From Calcarisporiella thermophila CBS 279.70 (Eukaryota; Fungi; Calcarisporiellomycota), in contig NW_027192192.1 of assembly GCF_041956535.1 (NCBI RefSeq), positions 871,796 through 935,795 on the forward strand: a DNA stretch of 64,000 nucleotides, given 5' to 3'. The translations under genes and the position numbers were made by a program. Shown piece by piece: positions 21,747 through 33,947 of the stretch. Position 1 is the stretch's first letter. The number at the start of each line of letters is the position of its first letter. The notes beneath the pieces were generated by a model. That model did no database searches, was not told where the DNA came from, and saw only the letters and a list, made by a program, of their open reading frames with translations.

Positions 21747-24351
21747 TCTTATTTTCTTTGCATTTTTGCTTCCCCCTTCCCTATTATTAATATGTCCCTC
21801 AAGAAAAACATATTTCTTATATTTTTTTTAATAACATTTTATATAACCCGCTTTCTCTATAGGATAGTCTAATAATAAGCATTTTTTTTTTTTATTTAGT
21901 TTCCCCCTTGCTTTTTATTCTGTCGACATATTTTTTATGCCTTTGAAAAAATATATATACAACTTTTTTATCTATTCTTTAATTCCTTTCACTCTGTGCC
22001 GATCTATCTTTTTGTGTGTAAGGAGGGGAAACAGATTCAGTATGCAAAAGCTGTTCCTTTATGTCTTTTATCTTTATTTATAATCAATATCCTTGGTAAT
22101 CCTCTCGAAGAGAACCTGAAGTGCGTCTTTGTGTCAAACATGGAGGATGGTCGACATGCTCACGTCATTTGCGCTCACTCCGCTGTCATGTCTGGCTTTA
22201 GGGCGGGAGCCCTGAGTTCAGCGACGCGGTGGAAGGCACACGCTCGTGTTCCCTTCGGCGGCCGAGCGAGAAGGTGGCTCTGGGTGATGCACGGGAGCGG
22301 CAGTTGCTAAAACTAGGTTCGGATCCATGCACCACCGCATTGGCTGGGCAACTTTAACCTAAGTTGCAGCTTGCTAAGCTGCAGAGTTTGTGCCGCCTTG
22401 TGCCCCTTTGCCAAATGGAGGGCTCGATGACACTCTCCAAGCGCTTGTTTATCAGGGCGCGGGCCCAAATGTCACGGCAAGCGGCTCTGAGCGGTGTCCG
22501 TGGCTACGCGGGGTTGCCTCGCCGAGACGCAGGGTGCGCGCTTGTGGTTTTGACGGAGAAGAGGAAAGCAAGGCTGTGGAGAAGAGCGAGGGCGCGCGTC
22601 GACGCGGCGTCTCGCCTCCTCTCGCCCCTCTTGCTCCAGCGGGCGCGGCATTCCGCGCTTTCACGCAAGCCGCCCCCTGCTCTAGCTCATCTCTGTGCTC
22701 CAAATGCTGAGCCGAGTTTGTTTTTGAAAAAACGTGCTAGCCGGCAAAGATGGGCAATTGCGGCAAGCTCTCCTGCAGTTTCAAACAGCGCCTGTGCCCC
22801 CCACGAGGGGCGAGCGGGCGGGGAGACTGCTATTTTTACTCATCGATGCCAATCATTCCAATAATTAATTTGCGGCCGGCTGGCTGCAAATTGAAGCGCA
22901 AGCTGGCGACTCGATCGAAGCCGCTCATATCGGACAGGGATGCGGCGGACTTTGCAGCCATCCCCGCCATAATGAGGGGAGTCTCAATGCGCTTGCAATC
23001 ACGGCATCCCCAGCCTCCCGCGCGCACGATGATTCAGACCCATACTACAGCTCAGCACTGCGATGCTGCGGCCTGAAACCTATCCTGCGCTTCGAGTTCA
23101 TCGGATAGGTGGAGGCGCGTGAGGGCAGGTATCCCCTATGTATGGATGCGCCTCGGAAGCCATGGGCATCCACATCCCCTCTTCTTCATCATTTCAGCCA
23201 CAACAAGAAGCTCAGAATAGGACCCTCATATCATCAATGTTTTTAATTTGTATTGCTCCAGACCACATGGCCTGGATGTGGGTGATCTTGTATTCATTTT
23301 CCAAGCGAGTGCTACAAACACTTGGATTGCGTTTTAAAACATGCGCAAATTTATCTCAAACTAAACGATCCAACGCCCCCCTGACTGCTTTCTCTAGGGG
23401 GCTCTACAGATAAGCTAGAACTTCGGCTGGCCGGTCTGAACTGGCGGGCCTCAGCACGGGAGCGGCCACTATCATCACATCTCCTGGATTTGGTTAAACT
23501 TGCCGCTGTAGTCTGGGCTATGAAGCTCGGGGACTTTCTCATTATAAATCACCATCGACCAAATAATTCTTAACACATGGTTTGAGATAGAATTCCAAGC
23601 AGACTGGGCGAACTTTAAAAAAAAAGCACCTTTACTTGCCCAGGCCGTGCTCTGGCTCCCTGCCGCCTAATCTGTTTTTATCAGAACTGTGATCCAGGTT
23701 CCCGAGGCTAAGAAACATACGACGAGTGGTAACTTTGCAGACGAATGAAAGATAGACAGGAGTACAAATGAACAGAAGTTCCAGCCTGGTAATTATAGGC
23801 TGTTTTCTTGCCAAACGCAGAAGCGATAGAGTATAGTGTGGTGGCAATGGTCTATCTCGTGTAGTCGGAGATTCCTCCGTTGCAACACAAGCAGGATCAT
23901 AGACTGGGATAAGCCCACATGCGTATGGCTTATTGGGGAGCCCTTGAACCTTTTGATAATATACTACAGATGTGAGTTGCGTGGAGTGGCCACCAAGTGA
24001 ATGAAACCACCTCGTCTCTGCAATATTGAAAGCGTTGCACTGTCGCCATACTCTCCCACTTCCTACTGGAGGGGCAGCGTGTGGTAAATAGAAGGGTTAG
24101 AGTAGTTGTAGTTAGGGGTGGTACTCAGTTATCATTATCCACCACCATTCCCCTTTATTGTATCGTAATCGTGAGGCGGCTTCTGCAAATAGAGTGTCTA
24201 TATTGTGTCGTTTCTATTTTGCTCAGTGACCAGGTAAATAAAAAAGCAGCAGGCATAAAATATAGGTTGGTACACATAAACCAAAAGGAAAGAGAGGAAA
24301 ATAAAACAAATTGTCTGACCAATAACCGAAAATACAAAGAGAATAGAAATT

Positions 24352-25091
24352 CTAGCCGCCTTCATGTCCCTTATCTCCATTCTTAATTCCCATACTGGCA
24401 TTGAGCACCTCATTCAGTAGTTTTCTGACCACCTCATACTCCTCGCGCAGATCCTTCACCTCGGACGATATCTGCTGAAACTGTTTCTGGGTTGCTCGAA
24501 GCATTTCGGAGAGCTCGGCAGACTGCGATTGTAGTACGTATATATTATCGTTGACAAGATTTCGGCGGTCCTTGTTAGCTTTCCGCGATCTACAAGTAGA
24601 GAAAATTAGGGATTAAAGGAAGATAAGCTGGGAGCTGGGATGGGGCCGTCGCGTTACCTAGCATTTTCTGCAAGTATGAGCCCCGCCGCCACGCTGAAGA
24701 GTATTGATTCCGAGATAAAATTCGCCCCCATCTCGACAGCCCTACAAAAGTCATCTCGGCAAGATTAAATTGGCACAAGTCAAACAATTATGCAGAGTGG
24801 CTCACTTATTCTCACTGAGCGGGCGAATATGCTCCTTCTTGTAACCCAAAAAGTTCATCTTTAATTTCATTTCAGTCCGGTGCATCGTCTAGTCCAGAGA
24901 TTAAACAGGGACATTGAGCTTCTATCAGGGGAGGGAGGGGGGGGAAATCCGTTGTTTATCCCAATTACCTGGGCAACACCGACGCAGAAATTCCGGAATC
25001 TCGGATGCTGCTTTGTCTGATTCTTGATGGAGCTGGCGATCGGCTTTGCAATGGTACGGACGGCTAATGAAAATAATTTAACAGTGGCCAT
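24352..25091 (-). CDS. OPA3: OPA3-like mitochondrial protein
   Basis: Spliced product MATVKLFSLAVRTIAKPIA...HPRFRNFCVGVAQ|TMHRTE...IRPLSENK|AVEMGANFISESILFSVA, then a coiled-coil tail. Stop TAG at 24354-24352. Confidence 0.9.
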
Positions 25092-25923
25092 TGTTCGGCA
25101 ATGGTAATCAAAAGCAAGTATTAAATAAGGTGCGCGTTATAAATCAAATCGAATTGGCTCGCCGAGAAAATTTCAAACACTCAAATTCCGATTGCCGGAA
25201 CGGGATTCAAGCCAAGAGTCAACATTATTCTCCTTCTCCTCTCTCCTCCTCTTCCCTTCATCCTCTCCCTGACTTACCAGAGGAAATCCGGTATTTCAAT
25301 GAGAATATGTCTACACAATTGTATTTGAGTGAGTATTGGCTGATTCTATTGCACCTGACGCTTCGGCTATTGTTAGGATGGGGCTCTAAGCTGCAAAGTT
25401 TTTTCATCCTGTGAGTTGTATGAGAAGGATATCTGTTGGCCTTTGGTGCAAGGCAAAAAGGCGTGCTTTAGGATAATGTGAGAGGGAATGCAATGAAATG
25501 CTTGAAAATTATCGAGCCTATTTCATCTACACTGGAAAATACATCCGCGCCAAGATTACTAAGGCTTGGTTTCCTCCATACGAGGCTATTCTCTTCATGG
25601 ATCAAAATGTTTTCATTGTTCAGTTCCAATCTTTTTTCACCGGCGATTCTCAGTATTGTTTAAGTTTAAACCACCATGATCAACGGATAAATAGAGGAAT
25701 CCTTCTATGAGTATTGAAATTAAAAGAGTGTCTGCTCTTGATTTTACTATAGATCCATTAGCCTGGGTGATTTTCAATTTCCTATTAATCTGATTAGAAT
25801 CAGATTTATAAAATTCTAATTTTCTACCTCACGGAGAGTGAAAATATTATCGCCACCTTTTTTTTCCATCACGATCGCCTGGGACATTTTGCCTAAAAAG
25901 ACGAGAGAATTCAAGAGACGACC

Positions 25924-26938
25924 ATGTTTATCGTAAATTGGTTTTGGGATGTGCTAGCGACTCTCGGTGAGTTACAGACATTGCTTGCCAGAAAAAAAAG
26001 GATTATTTAAATGTCCCCATATCCCCCTTATTGGTGGCCAAAACTAATACAAGAAATCCGCTCATCTGTCCCTTTTTCTAATGGTTAATTTTGCTATGCT
26101 TGTATTCATCTATTAGGATTGGTGAACAAGAACGCCAAGATCTTGTTTCTTGGGCTCGATAACGCAGGAAAAACCACTCTTTTACACATGTTAAAAAACG
26201 ATCGCCTTGCGGTGTTGCAACCCACCTTACATCCAAGTAATGGGGATTATATCTGAATTCTAGTTACTTTTATTCATCTTTCACTTATTTTTTTTATTCC
26301 CATGTGATTAGCTTCGGAGGAGCTCACTATCGGCAAGGTCCGTTTCAACACTTTTGATCTCGGTGGTCACGTTCAAGGTGAGATATCCTCGCATGGCCAA
26401 CTGCATTCTTATCCAAATACTCACCGCTTTCCCTAATTAGCACGCCGCATCTGGAAGGATTATTTCCCAGAGGTCTCGGCCGTAGTGTTCATGGTAGACG
26501 CAGCCGATCCATCGCGATTCCCAGAGAGTAAACTCGAGCTGGATGTGAGTACACGCAAGCGCCCATGACGTAGACCCTTTGGCTCATTTGGCTGAACTCC
26601 TTGTGTTGAAATAGAGTCTCCTTGCCGATGAATCTCTCAAAGACGTGCCTTTCCTTATTCTGGGCAACAAAATCGACGCCTCGGGTGCAGTGTCCGAGGA
26701 TTACCTGCGGGAGCAGCTAGGCTTGTTCCAGACGACGGGTAAGGGAAATGTGGGCCACCGTGGGATCCGACCGATTGAGGTGTTCATGGTTTCGGTGGTG
26801 ATGCGACAGGGATACCGAGAAGGTAAGTGATATCCGAGGAGGGGGAGAGAAGGGGGAGACACTTGAATGGCATTTTATTGATTCCGTTCCCCTTTCCATT
26901 TCGGTGTAGGTTTTCAATGGATTTCGCAATACATTTAA
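25924..26938 (+). CDS. SAR1: Small COPII GTPase Sar1
   Basis: [14 protein letters not shown]|[64 protein letters not shown]. Multiple short introns. Confidence 0.96.
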
Positions 26939-27309
26939 ACAAGAAGTTTTTCTGGAACTTTAAAAACATATAGTTCCTATGCTTATAAAGTAGTGCATTT
27001 GATAATTAAGCATAAAGGTGTTGAAATATACTATTATCATTATTATTTTTATCATCACGAGGATGGCGACTTATCGAAATATATGCTATTACTTCCACTA
27101 TGGCCGTGGGGGAGAGAGGGGGGATAATGGTGAGATAATTGAAAATTGGCCCAATAGCAGTTGGACAAGATTTCCATAGTCAAAGTGTAATAAAAGTTTG
27201 GTTTGGGCTCCTTCTGTTTTCGCAACGACCACTTGATTTCAATCAGGTTGCATTCCAAACGGGCGGATCTCAGACAATCACCAGAAAAAAAAAGCACGGC
27301 ATAGACGAG

Positions 27310-28047
27310 ATGGCGCCTTGGATGTCAGATATGCAAAGTAACTATATAATGATTGATCTCGCCTCCATCTCACCGCGATCCTAATCTTCTTCCTCCTCGC
27401 CTTTCCCCCGTCGGTCTCTTAAAGAAATCGGGGTAGGCTTAACAGCCTTTGGCCTCTTTTTCATGCTTATGGGCGTGGTTATGTTTTTCGATGGTGGTCT
27501 ACTGGCCATCGGCAATGTGAGCATTGTGACTCTCGCTTGCCGTTTCAGATGCAATTAACCGGTGTTTCTATATCCTAACCATCCCTTTCGTAGATCCTCT
27601 TCCTCGCGGGTATAACGCTTGTCATAGGGTTTCAAAAGACCTTCATCTTTTTCACGCGCCGCAACAAGATCCGGGGGACAATATGTTTCTTCGCAGGATT
27701 CCTGCTTGTTTTCATTAGATGGCCTATCATCGGAATCTTGGTGGAGGGCTTTGGGTTTTTGAATTTGTTTGGGTATGCACGACGCCTTGCATTCCAGCGG
27801 TTTAGGCAATGAAATACAGTGTGCTAATGAATGATGTTTAATTCACAGTGACTTCTTTCCGGTTATTATCAGTTTCTTGCGTCGACTGCCCATTATTGGC
27901 AATTTGCTTAATCTACCTGTCATTGCAAGGGTAAGTTTGCTAGATGTGTTTTTGGCCATGAAGTTGGCATGAGCCTCATCCCTTGCTTACTTTCTATGTT
28001 GTGTGTAGTTTGTTGATCGCATTGCTGGGACGAAGCTGCCAGTATAG
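27310..28047 (+). CDS. GOT1: Got1 family vesicle transport membrane protein
   Basis: Spliced MAPWMSDMQ|KIGVGLTAFG...FFDGGLLAIGN|ILFLAG...IGFQKTFIFF...RGTICFFAG...GFLNLFG|DFFPVIISFLRRLPIIG...KLPV*. Confidence 0.92.
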
Positions 28048-28229
28048 ACAAAAGCATATTTTCTTTAAACTAACTTGTGTTTTGTAATACATTTTCGAGT
28101 AATCTTGATTTTTCTTTTCCCTATGGTTGAGCTGTTTACTTTTTCCTTTCGGTATGTATCAAAATAAAAATTGCGGAAACTAGGGCTTCTTTTTTTAAAG
28201 AAAAAATATGCACATCATGCTTTCTATTA

Positions 28230-30312
28230 TCACACTTCTTCTGGCATATCAATCTCAATAGGAAGATCGAGGTTGGGCATGATGTTGCCTGGAAGATAGC
28301 CTATTGGGCATGCAGCCCATGCTTGAGGGTCATATGGATAGACGTCGGAAACGGCGGATACATTCTTGGGGAGTGTTTCGGGTTCAACTTGAGGCACCAA
28401 TCTTGAATTCTATAGTAATGGGTGATATCAGGGTATTAGTTCCACTAAGGTTCTAAAGAAAGAAGAAGAGGGAGGTGAGGATGAGCAAAGGATGACTACC
28501 TCTGATAGCTCTTTGGATTGGCTTTCAAGTTGCATCTCCAATAACTTTATCTCTTGTTCAAAATCCTCTTCCGACAAGTTTACACTCTGAGCATTTTGCT
28601 TGGCATTCTAACGAAACATAAACAAGGCATCAATGTTTACAAGCATGAGTATAAATGTTCAGCGAACGAAAAGAAAATAATAGCGCCTTCTTACTTGGAA
28701 AATGGAGAGCATCTTATCAATGTATTGGAAAAATGGTGACAGTTCAGCACCTAGAGAAGGATCATACTCGACCATGCACTGCAAAATTACGCGTGTGCTA
28801 TTGTCCAAGATAAGTTTTAGAATCGTGGGAGGAAACTAATGGGATGAATTCCCAGCTTACTGTAGATTAGGTTGTCGTAGACATGCCTCGAGGATATCGT
28901 CTGGTCGAATGGAGGCATTGTTCTCGACGTAATATAATCGTAGCAAATATTTTAACCAGGCAGCTAGTGAGGTGGCCAATAGCAAGGTTATTACCGAGAT
29001 GGTCCATAAAAGAAAGTCGATTATTTACTCAGTGTAAACATATAACTAGAACTTGTCTGCTCTGCATTCTTTGCAACTTCTTGTGTGGCGGATGTAAAGA
29101 GGTTTTCTAACATCAGAAATAAAATTATTCAATTTCAAAAGTCCAGGAGCAAAGTAGAAGGCGTAAAAACATACCTTCTGCACTGCTAAGTTTTTCTAGG
29201 ATAACTTGTATCAATTCTTCCGTAAAGCTACTCCATGTCTCATCACATTTCTGTAGAAGCGGCTGCCAGAGCTCTAATAATTCAGGGGATATATCAAATT
29301 CAGGTGGGGAGGGTCGTTTTCTACAATAGAGTGGGATAGAGCTTGAGATTATTATAGTCTGATGCACAGGCCAACGTAGTACCTACTTTTTTGAGACAGG
29401 CACCAGATGGCCAATTTCTAATAGAACAGGTAATAATGCTTCTCTTAGTGAGTGCTCTCTAGCTGCGGAAATGATTTCGGATAGTGTCGAGGCAATCGGG
29501 TCCGGCTTTTCTTTCGCCACGCTAGACTTTGTCTTTGTCTTAGTCTCTACCCTTCTTTCTGCAGAAGGCGTTGGTGTCAAAGGTCAATACTCTGTTGGCA
29601 ATCAGAAAGGCATCATCCATACTCTACCCTTAATCTGCCCCTTTCTTATTTCCTTATATTTCTTCACTGCCTTTCTAACAGCTTCCTTTTCTCCCTCTTC
29701 GTTTTCATCCTCCATTTTCACATCCTCGACTCTACTCCGTTCCACCTCTGCCCAGTAATTGTCTTGTATCCAGAGTAGAGCTTTGTGAGTAGCATTTCGC
29801 AGTACCTCGAGGCTAGGCATATGTTCATGAGTTGCTGCGTGCCGCAGTTCTACGAACCAGTGGGGAAGTCGAAGGCGATCTGCTATGCTTGATATTGACT
29901 GGGCAAAGGCGCGCTTTTGGAGAGGATCGACGAGGCCGTTTACAAACCTATGGAGGTAATTCATTATGTGGTCATGCATGTTTGCCTATGCTCCAAAATT
30001 AACATCGGAAGCGGCTTACCTTACAAACGCCATTGAGTACATCAGACGTAGTTCTAGTGCTGAGCAGCCTCTCTCCCGATCCTTTAATTGCAATTCCACA
30101 AAAGTGGCAGTGCTGTCAACCGCATGGGGGACCTTGCCTCGGCTTGCCCACATCCGCACACGTTTTACCCCAAGCGCCCTCAAATGAGGATCGGAAGCAT
30201 ATAACCAGTCATACACTTGGAGATGCTCGTCGGCAGAAATCCATGGAACTATTCTCGGTATGCGCATTGCTAACGCTTGGGTAGTGCCCAGTATCTTGAA
30301 ATCTGAGGCCAT
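28230..30312 (-). CDS. LAS1: Las1 HEPN endoribonuclease (pre-rRNA ITS2 processing)
   Basis: PRIVPW, W.SRGKVPHAVDSTA, LRLMYSMAFVR|FVNGLVD, HEPN motif FVELRHAATHEHMPSL, C-terminal WAACPIG. Start may be 30312 or 30267. Confidence 0.92.
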
Positions 30313-30333
30313 AAGAATTCAATCGGGTAAACA

Positions 30334-30352
30334 CAGTCACAAAACAGTCACA
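30334..30352. promoter_or_regulatory. Tandem Homol-D-like boxes (CAGTCACA x2) upstream of LAS1
   Basis: Exact CAGTCACA at 30334-30341 and 30345-30352, immediately 5' of LAS1. Confidence 0.45.
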
Positions 30353-30714
30353 GAATCTTCATAGGAATACCAGTAAAAATGTCGAGACATAGGTGGGTTC
30401 AAATTTGTAGTTTGCAAGAGTTCAATAAAAATATCAGACAAAATAATGTTGATAGGATATCAATAGCCTGGCTTGGTCTTGTTAGCCATTCGAAATCTCA
30501 GTTTGCCTCTACGGTCTCTATAGAAAATTTGTTGAATCTACATTGATCGCCAAGTTTGCCGTGTTGGGTTGAAATTCTGTTAGGATGAAAAGTACAAGTT
30601 TATAGGAGGAGAAGGAGGAGGAGGAGAACATTTCGAAGGTGCAGGTAATAAAAAAGGGGGAGAGGGGGTGAGGAAAACAATATGAAGTGTGGTATTGTGA
30701 AATTGTAGTATGGA

Positions 30715-31862
30715 TTATGGGCGTCTTCGCGAAGACTTGTATCGAGTTGTGGTTTCGCGCCGCAACCGTCGGATACTTCGTTCGCGATCCATCATGATCT
30801 TTTCTAATTCTTCGGGCGTCAACATTTCTAGCTGTGGTTCCCAACTCTTCGCATCTTCCGGCGCCCTATAAACACCCCTCAATGGCTCCGCTCCACTTCC
30901 AAACTCGTCCCCCCACGCTGTATACTCCTCTGCTCGTTCTTTTTTGAACCGACATAGCTGTTCATGGATACTATGAGCAATGATGCTGACAAACTCCCCA
31001 CCCAAACCCAAATCTGCTGCGAGCTGGCGGCTGAAGGCCTCAGGGGTGAGATGCGGGTTGGTCACGTCCCACTCGAAGCGATCGCGTAAACTAAGTTTTC
31101 CGACTTGGAGATCCAGATTAATGATTACGCGAACGTCCTCTTCCGGGAGCTCCATATCAGCGACGGCCTCGTATTCTTCTACTTGGGATTTGATGGAGGT
31201 TGCGATTGGCTGGACGAATTGGTGAGTGGGAAGTTCAAGATCCTCACAGAGAAGCTCAGCAAAGTGTTCGGGAGTTATGATTTTTTCTATCGATAAATAT
31301 GAAATATGATTCTGGGAGGAGGAAATTGGGTTGCAAGAGAACTGAGATCTTACCATTCAGATTCCACGTAAAGGAATCCCTTAGCCGGAAATTATCGATG
31401 TCAAGATCCAGGCGTATAGGGATTAGCACTTCCTTCAACTCAGCTGCCTCTTTCATTACATTTTCCGGTCTATTTTCAAAGAAAGCCCAGATTTCCAATT
31501 TTCAATCCGATACCCTCCAACCAACACGATCTGAACACTTACGGGTAAATGTGCCGTGTTTGTCTGGTCACCTTTTTCATGACGGTCGCGGCTATTCCCG
31601 GTGTTCCCATTGCACCTGGGGTTCCTCTGCTCATCAACTCCTCCTCTCCAAAAAATTCGTCCAAATCGGAGTCTGGCTCTGCCATGCTGCCACGAACCTT
31701 GGTAGATCGAGCCATCTGCATGGGTAAGATAAGCGCAGTCTCGCCTATACGCAGCCGCGACGCGTAAGTAGAATAGATTCCATGGGTAGTAGGGGTGACA
31801 TTGTTAGGAACAACAAAGAATGAGCGAGAGCGCGGCGGCCATGATGTTGATGCTGTGTCCAT
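30715..31862 (-). CDS. SFH1: SNF5-family chromatin remodelling subunit (RSC Sfh1-like)
   Basis: YASRLRIGETALILP (Sfh1-type N-terminus). SNF5 repeats LIPIRLDLD...LRDSFTWNLN|E..ITPEHFAELLCEDL and RDRFEWD...PEAFSRQLAADLGLGGEF. Tail DRERSIRRLRRET. Confidence 0.9.
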
Positions 31863-32346
31863 ATCGTGGATGAGCTTCCAATGATCCTCAATTGTCGATA
31901 GTGCCCTTTTTTTTGGGAGTCCATGACTTGATGACGTAGTTGAAATACGAAATAGCGTTGACGGAGCTGGAAAACTCAAATTGAACCAGAAATTCAATTT
32001 GAATTTTTTTTTGCGTGAGAAAAATGAGAGACTAATTATAAAGTGAATATGCATGTACTTTTTTTTACTTTTTTCAAATGGTAGAGGGCCGATGCCGCGT
32101 CCACCCGGTCTTCATGTGGGCGAATAGCTGCCCACACGAGAGAAAAAGTTTCTAATACGCAAAAAACAGTAAAGTGCTCGTGTTGGTCGCGTGACTGTTC
32201 TTCGCCTTTCCTTTTTATGGTGGCCGAAATCCTTTTTTTTCTTCCTTCTAGTTAACTCTCTGCGTCCGTTATTCAACTAGCTCTCCTTGTTTACACTATT
32301 TCTGTTTGACTTTTGTGGATAGGTGGAAAATAAGGAACCAACTCGA

Positions 32347-33552
32347 ATGACGGTCAGCAGCACCTCCCCCGCCTCCGAATCCCATCCCTCCTCCTCCAAG
32401 ACAAGGCCCATCCCCATTCCTATTACCATTCCTTCCCCCTCGCACACCACGCGCCGCTATTCCTCACCTCCCAAGCGCCAATTTTCTCCGCACCGGTATT
32501 CTCCCCCCAGTTTCTCCGCATACTTCGTCTCCCAGCAGGACGCAGGCAACCGTCTGTCCGGGGTACTTAAGAGCTATAGTAAACGCAAGGATACTGGTAA
32601 ATAGAGTTTAATATCGCGACGTTTGTGAGACTCTTACGACCCTGTGTGCACTGGAAAATAGCAATAGTGTGCATCAATGCGAACGCACTGCCATTTGCGT
32701 CGCGACTTGCGGAAGAACTCGGGCTTCCACTAGACCTGCTCTTGGTCCGGCCGCTAGTCACTCCGGGCAATCAGACATTGGGGGCCGTGGGGAGGTTGGT
32801 GATGGGTATCCTCGGAGCGGATGCCGAAATATCGAAGCGTGAGGTTGCAGTAGTGAAGGGGGAACCTAATGGGTAACATCTTTGCTAAATTGGTCGCATC
32901 CTCGTAAGGAATATGGCTAATGAATGGGCTGGGGCATGTAGCGTTCCCGTGGAAGACCTGCAAAGGCTTATTGATCAAGAAGTAATCCCACCATTCTATC
33001 TAGCAATTGCTCTTTGCTCTCTTTAACATTTTTCCTTCATCTAAAGTCCGCCTCCATCCAAAGAAGCTTTCAGGAAATCGCCGTCTCGCCTGTCAACTTT
33101 GGAACCTATAGCCCGCAGATACTACTGCTTGTCGATACAGGTGTGCGTACAGCCAGGACCGCTTGTGCCGCCATCGAGCTCGTCCGTAAATGCTTTGGAG
33201 GGCGAGTGGTTCTGGCATGCGCTGTAATCGGGGTGGATAATAAGCAACGACTTGCGAGAGAGGTGGAGAGAGTTGAATCGCTGGTGACGCCTTATGAGAT
33301 CGGGACAGTGGGTAAGTAGAGGGGAAACCTGTTGGGGCTCGGATCATTGTAATGATTTTCTTGACGTTTAATTATTAGAACGATGGTTTGACGATTATCC
33401 AGTGGAGACTTCTCCTGAAGCGGTGCGCGAGATACTTGGTGTGAGATTTCCAGCGCACTTGCGTAATTAAGGTGTGGTGTCAATTTTGCCAGGATGATCT
33501 TATGAATCCACATTCGAAACTAGCCATTATTGCTGAAAGAGACTTTACCTAA
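32347..33552 (+). CDS. COG1926-like (prokaryotic-type) phosphoribosyltransferase homologue, degenerate
   Basis: Six exons in frame (32347-32596, 32662-32872, 32942-32981, 33047-33311, 33379-33440, 33493-33552): F.SQQDAGNRLS, LAEELGLPLDLLLVRPL.TPG, LGAVG, LLVDTGVRTART, RVVLACAV, TPYEIGTVERWFDDY...EAVREIL. Confidence 0.7.
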
Positions 33553-33947
33553 CTACTCTTTCTTGCTTCTCCTTTGACATCATGTGAAATTTCTCTTCCA
33601 GCATACATTGACTTGAATTCCATATCTTTATACTACGTCTTCTTCCATTTCCTCAAAGTGGAAAATTTTTGTACATTCCTCTTCTTCAAAGTAGCATTAT
33701 TATACCCTAGAGTTATTGCAAGAAAGGGGAGGTAGAAGTAGAATCAAAAGTAGCGAATTATATATATCCCATTTGATTTTTTTTTGGGAGGGGTGATGTG
33801 TCAAAATAAAGAGAATAAATTTATAGGCATCATTCCTTCTCTCAAGATAAAGGAAATAGAGGTATATCGGCAAAGAAGAACGGAGGTAAGCGATTCCTCC
33901 AGTAAAATGGATAGTATACACAAGTACAATAAAGAACAGAGAGAACG

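Noticed and set aside
23529-23540. GAGAAAGTCCCC on the minus strand resembling the RNase MRP RNA CR-I motif
   Set aside because: No matching CR-V (AC...GGGGCTNA) found downstream on the same strand. Only a cmsearch with the Rfam RNase_MRP model could revive it.
21996-23542. Many 60-166 aa ORFs in the GC-rich gap
   Set aside because: No domain-like motifs, no consistent codon bias or splice structure; expected by chance at high GC.
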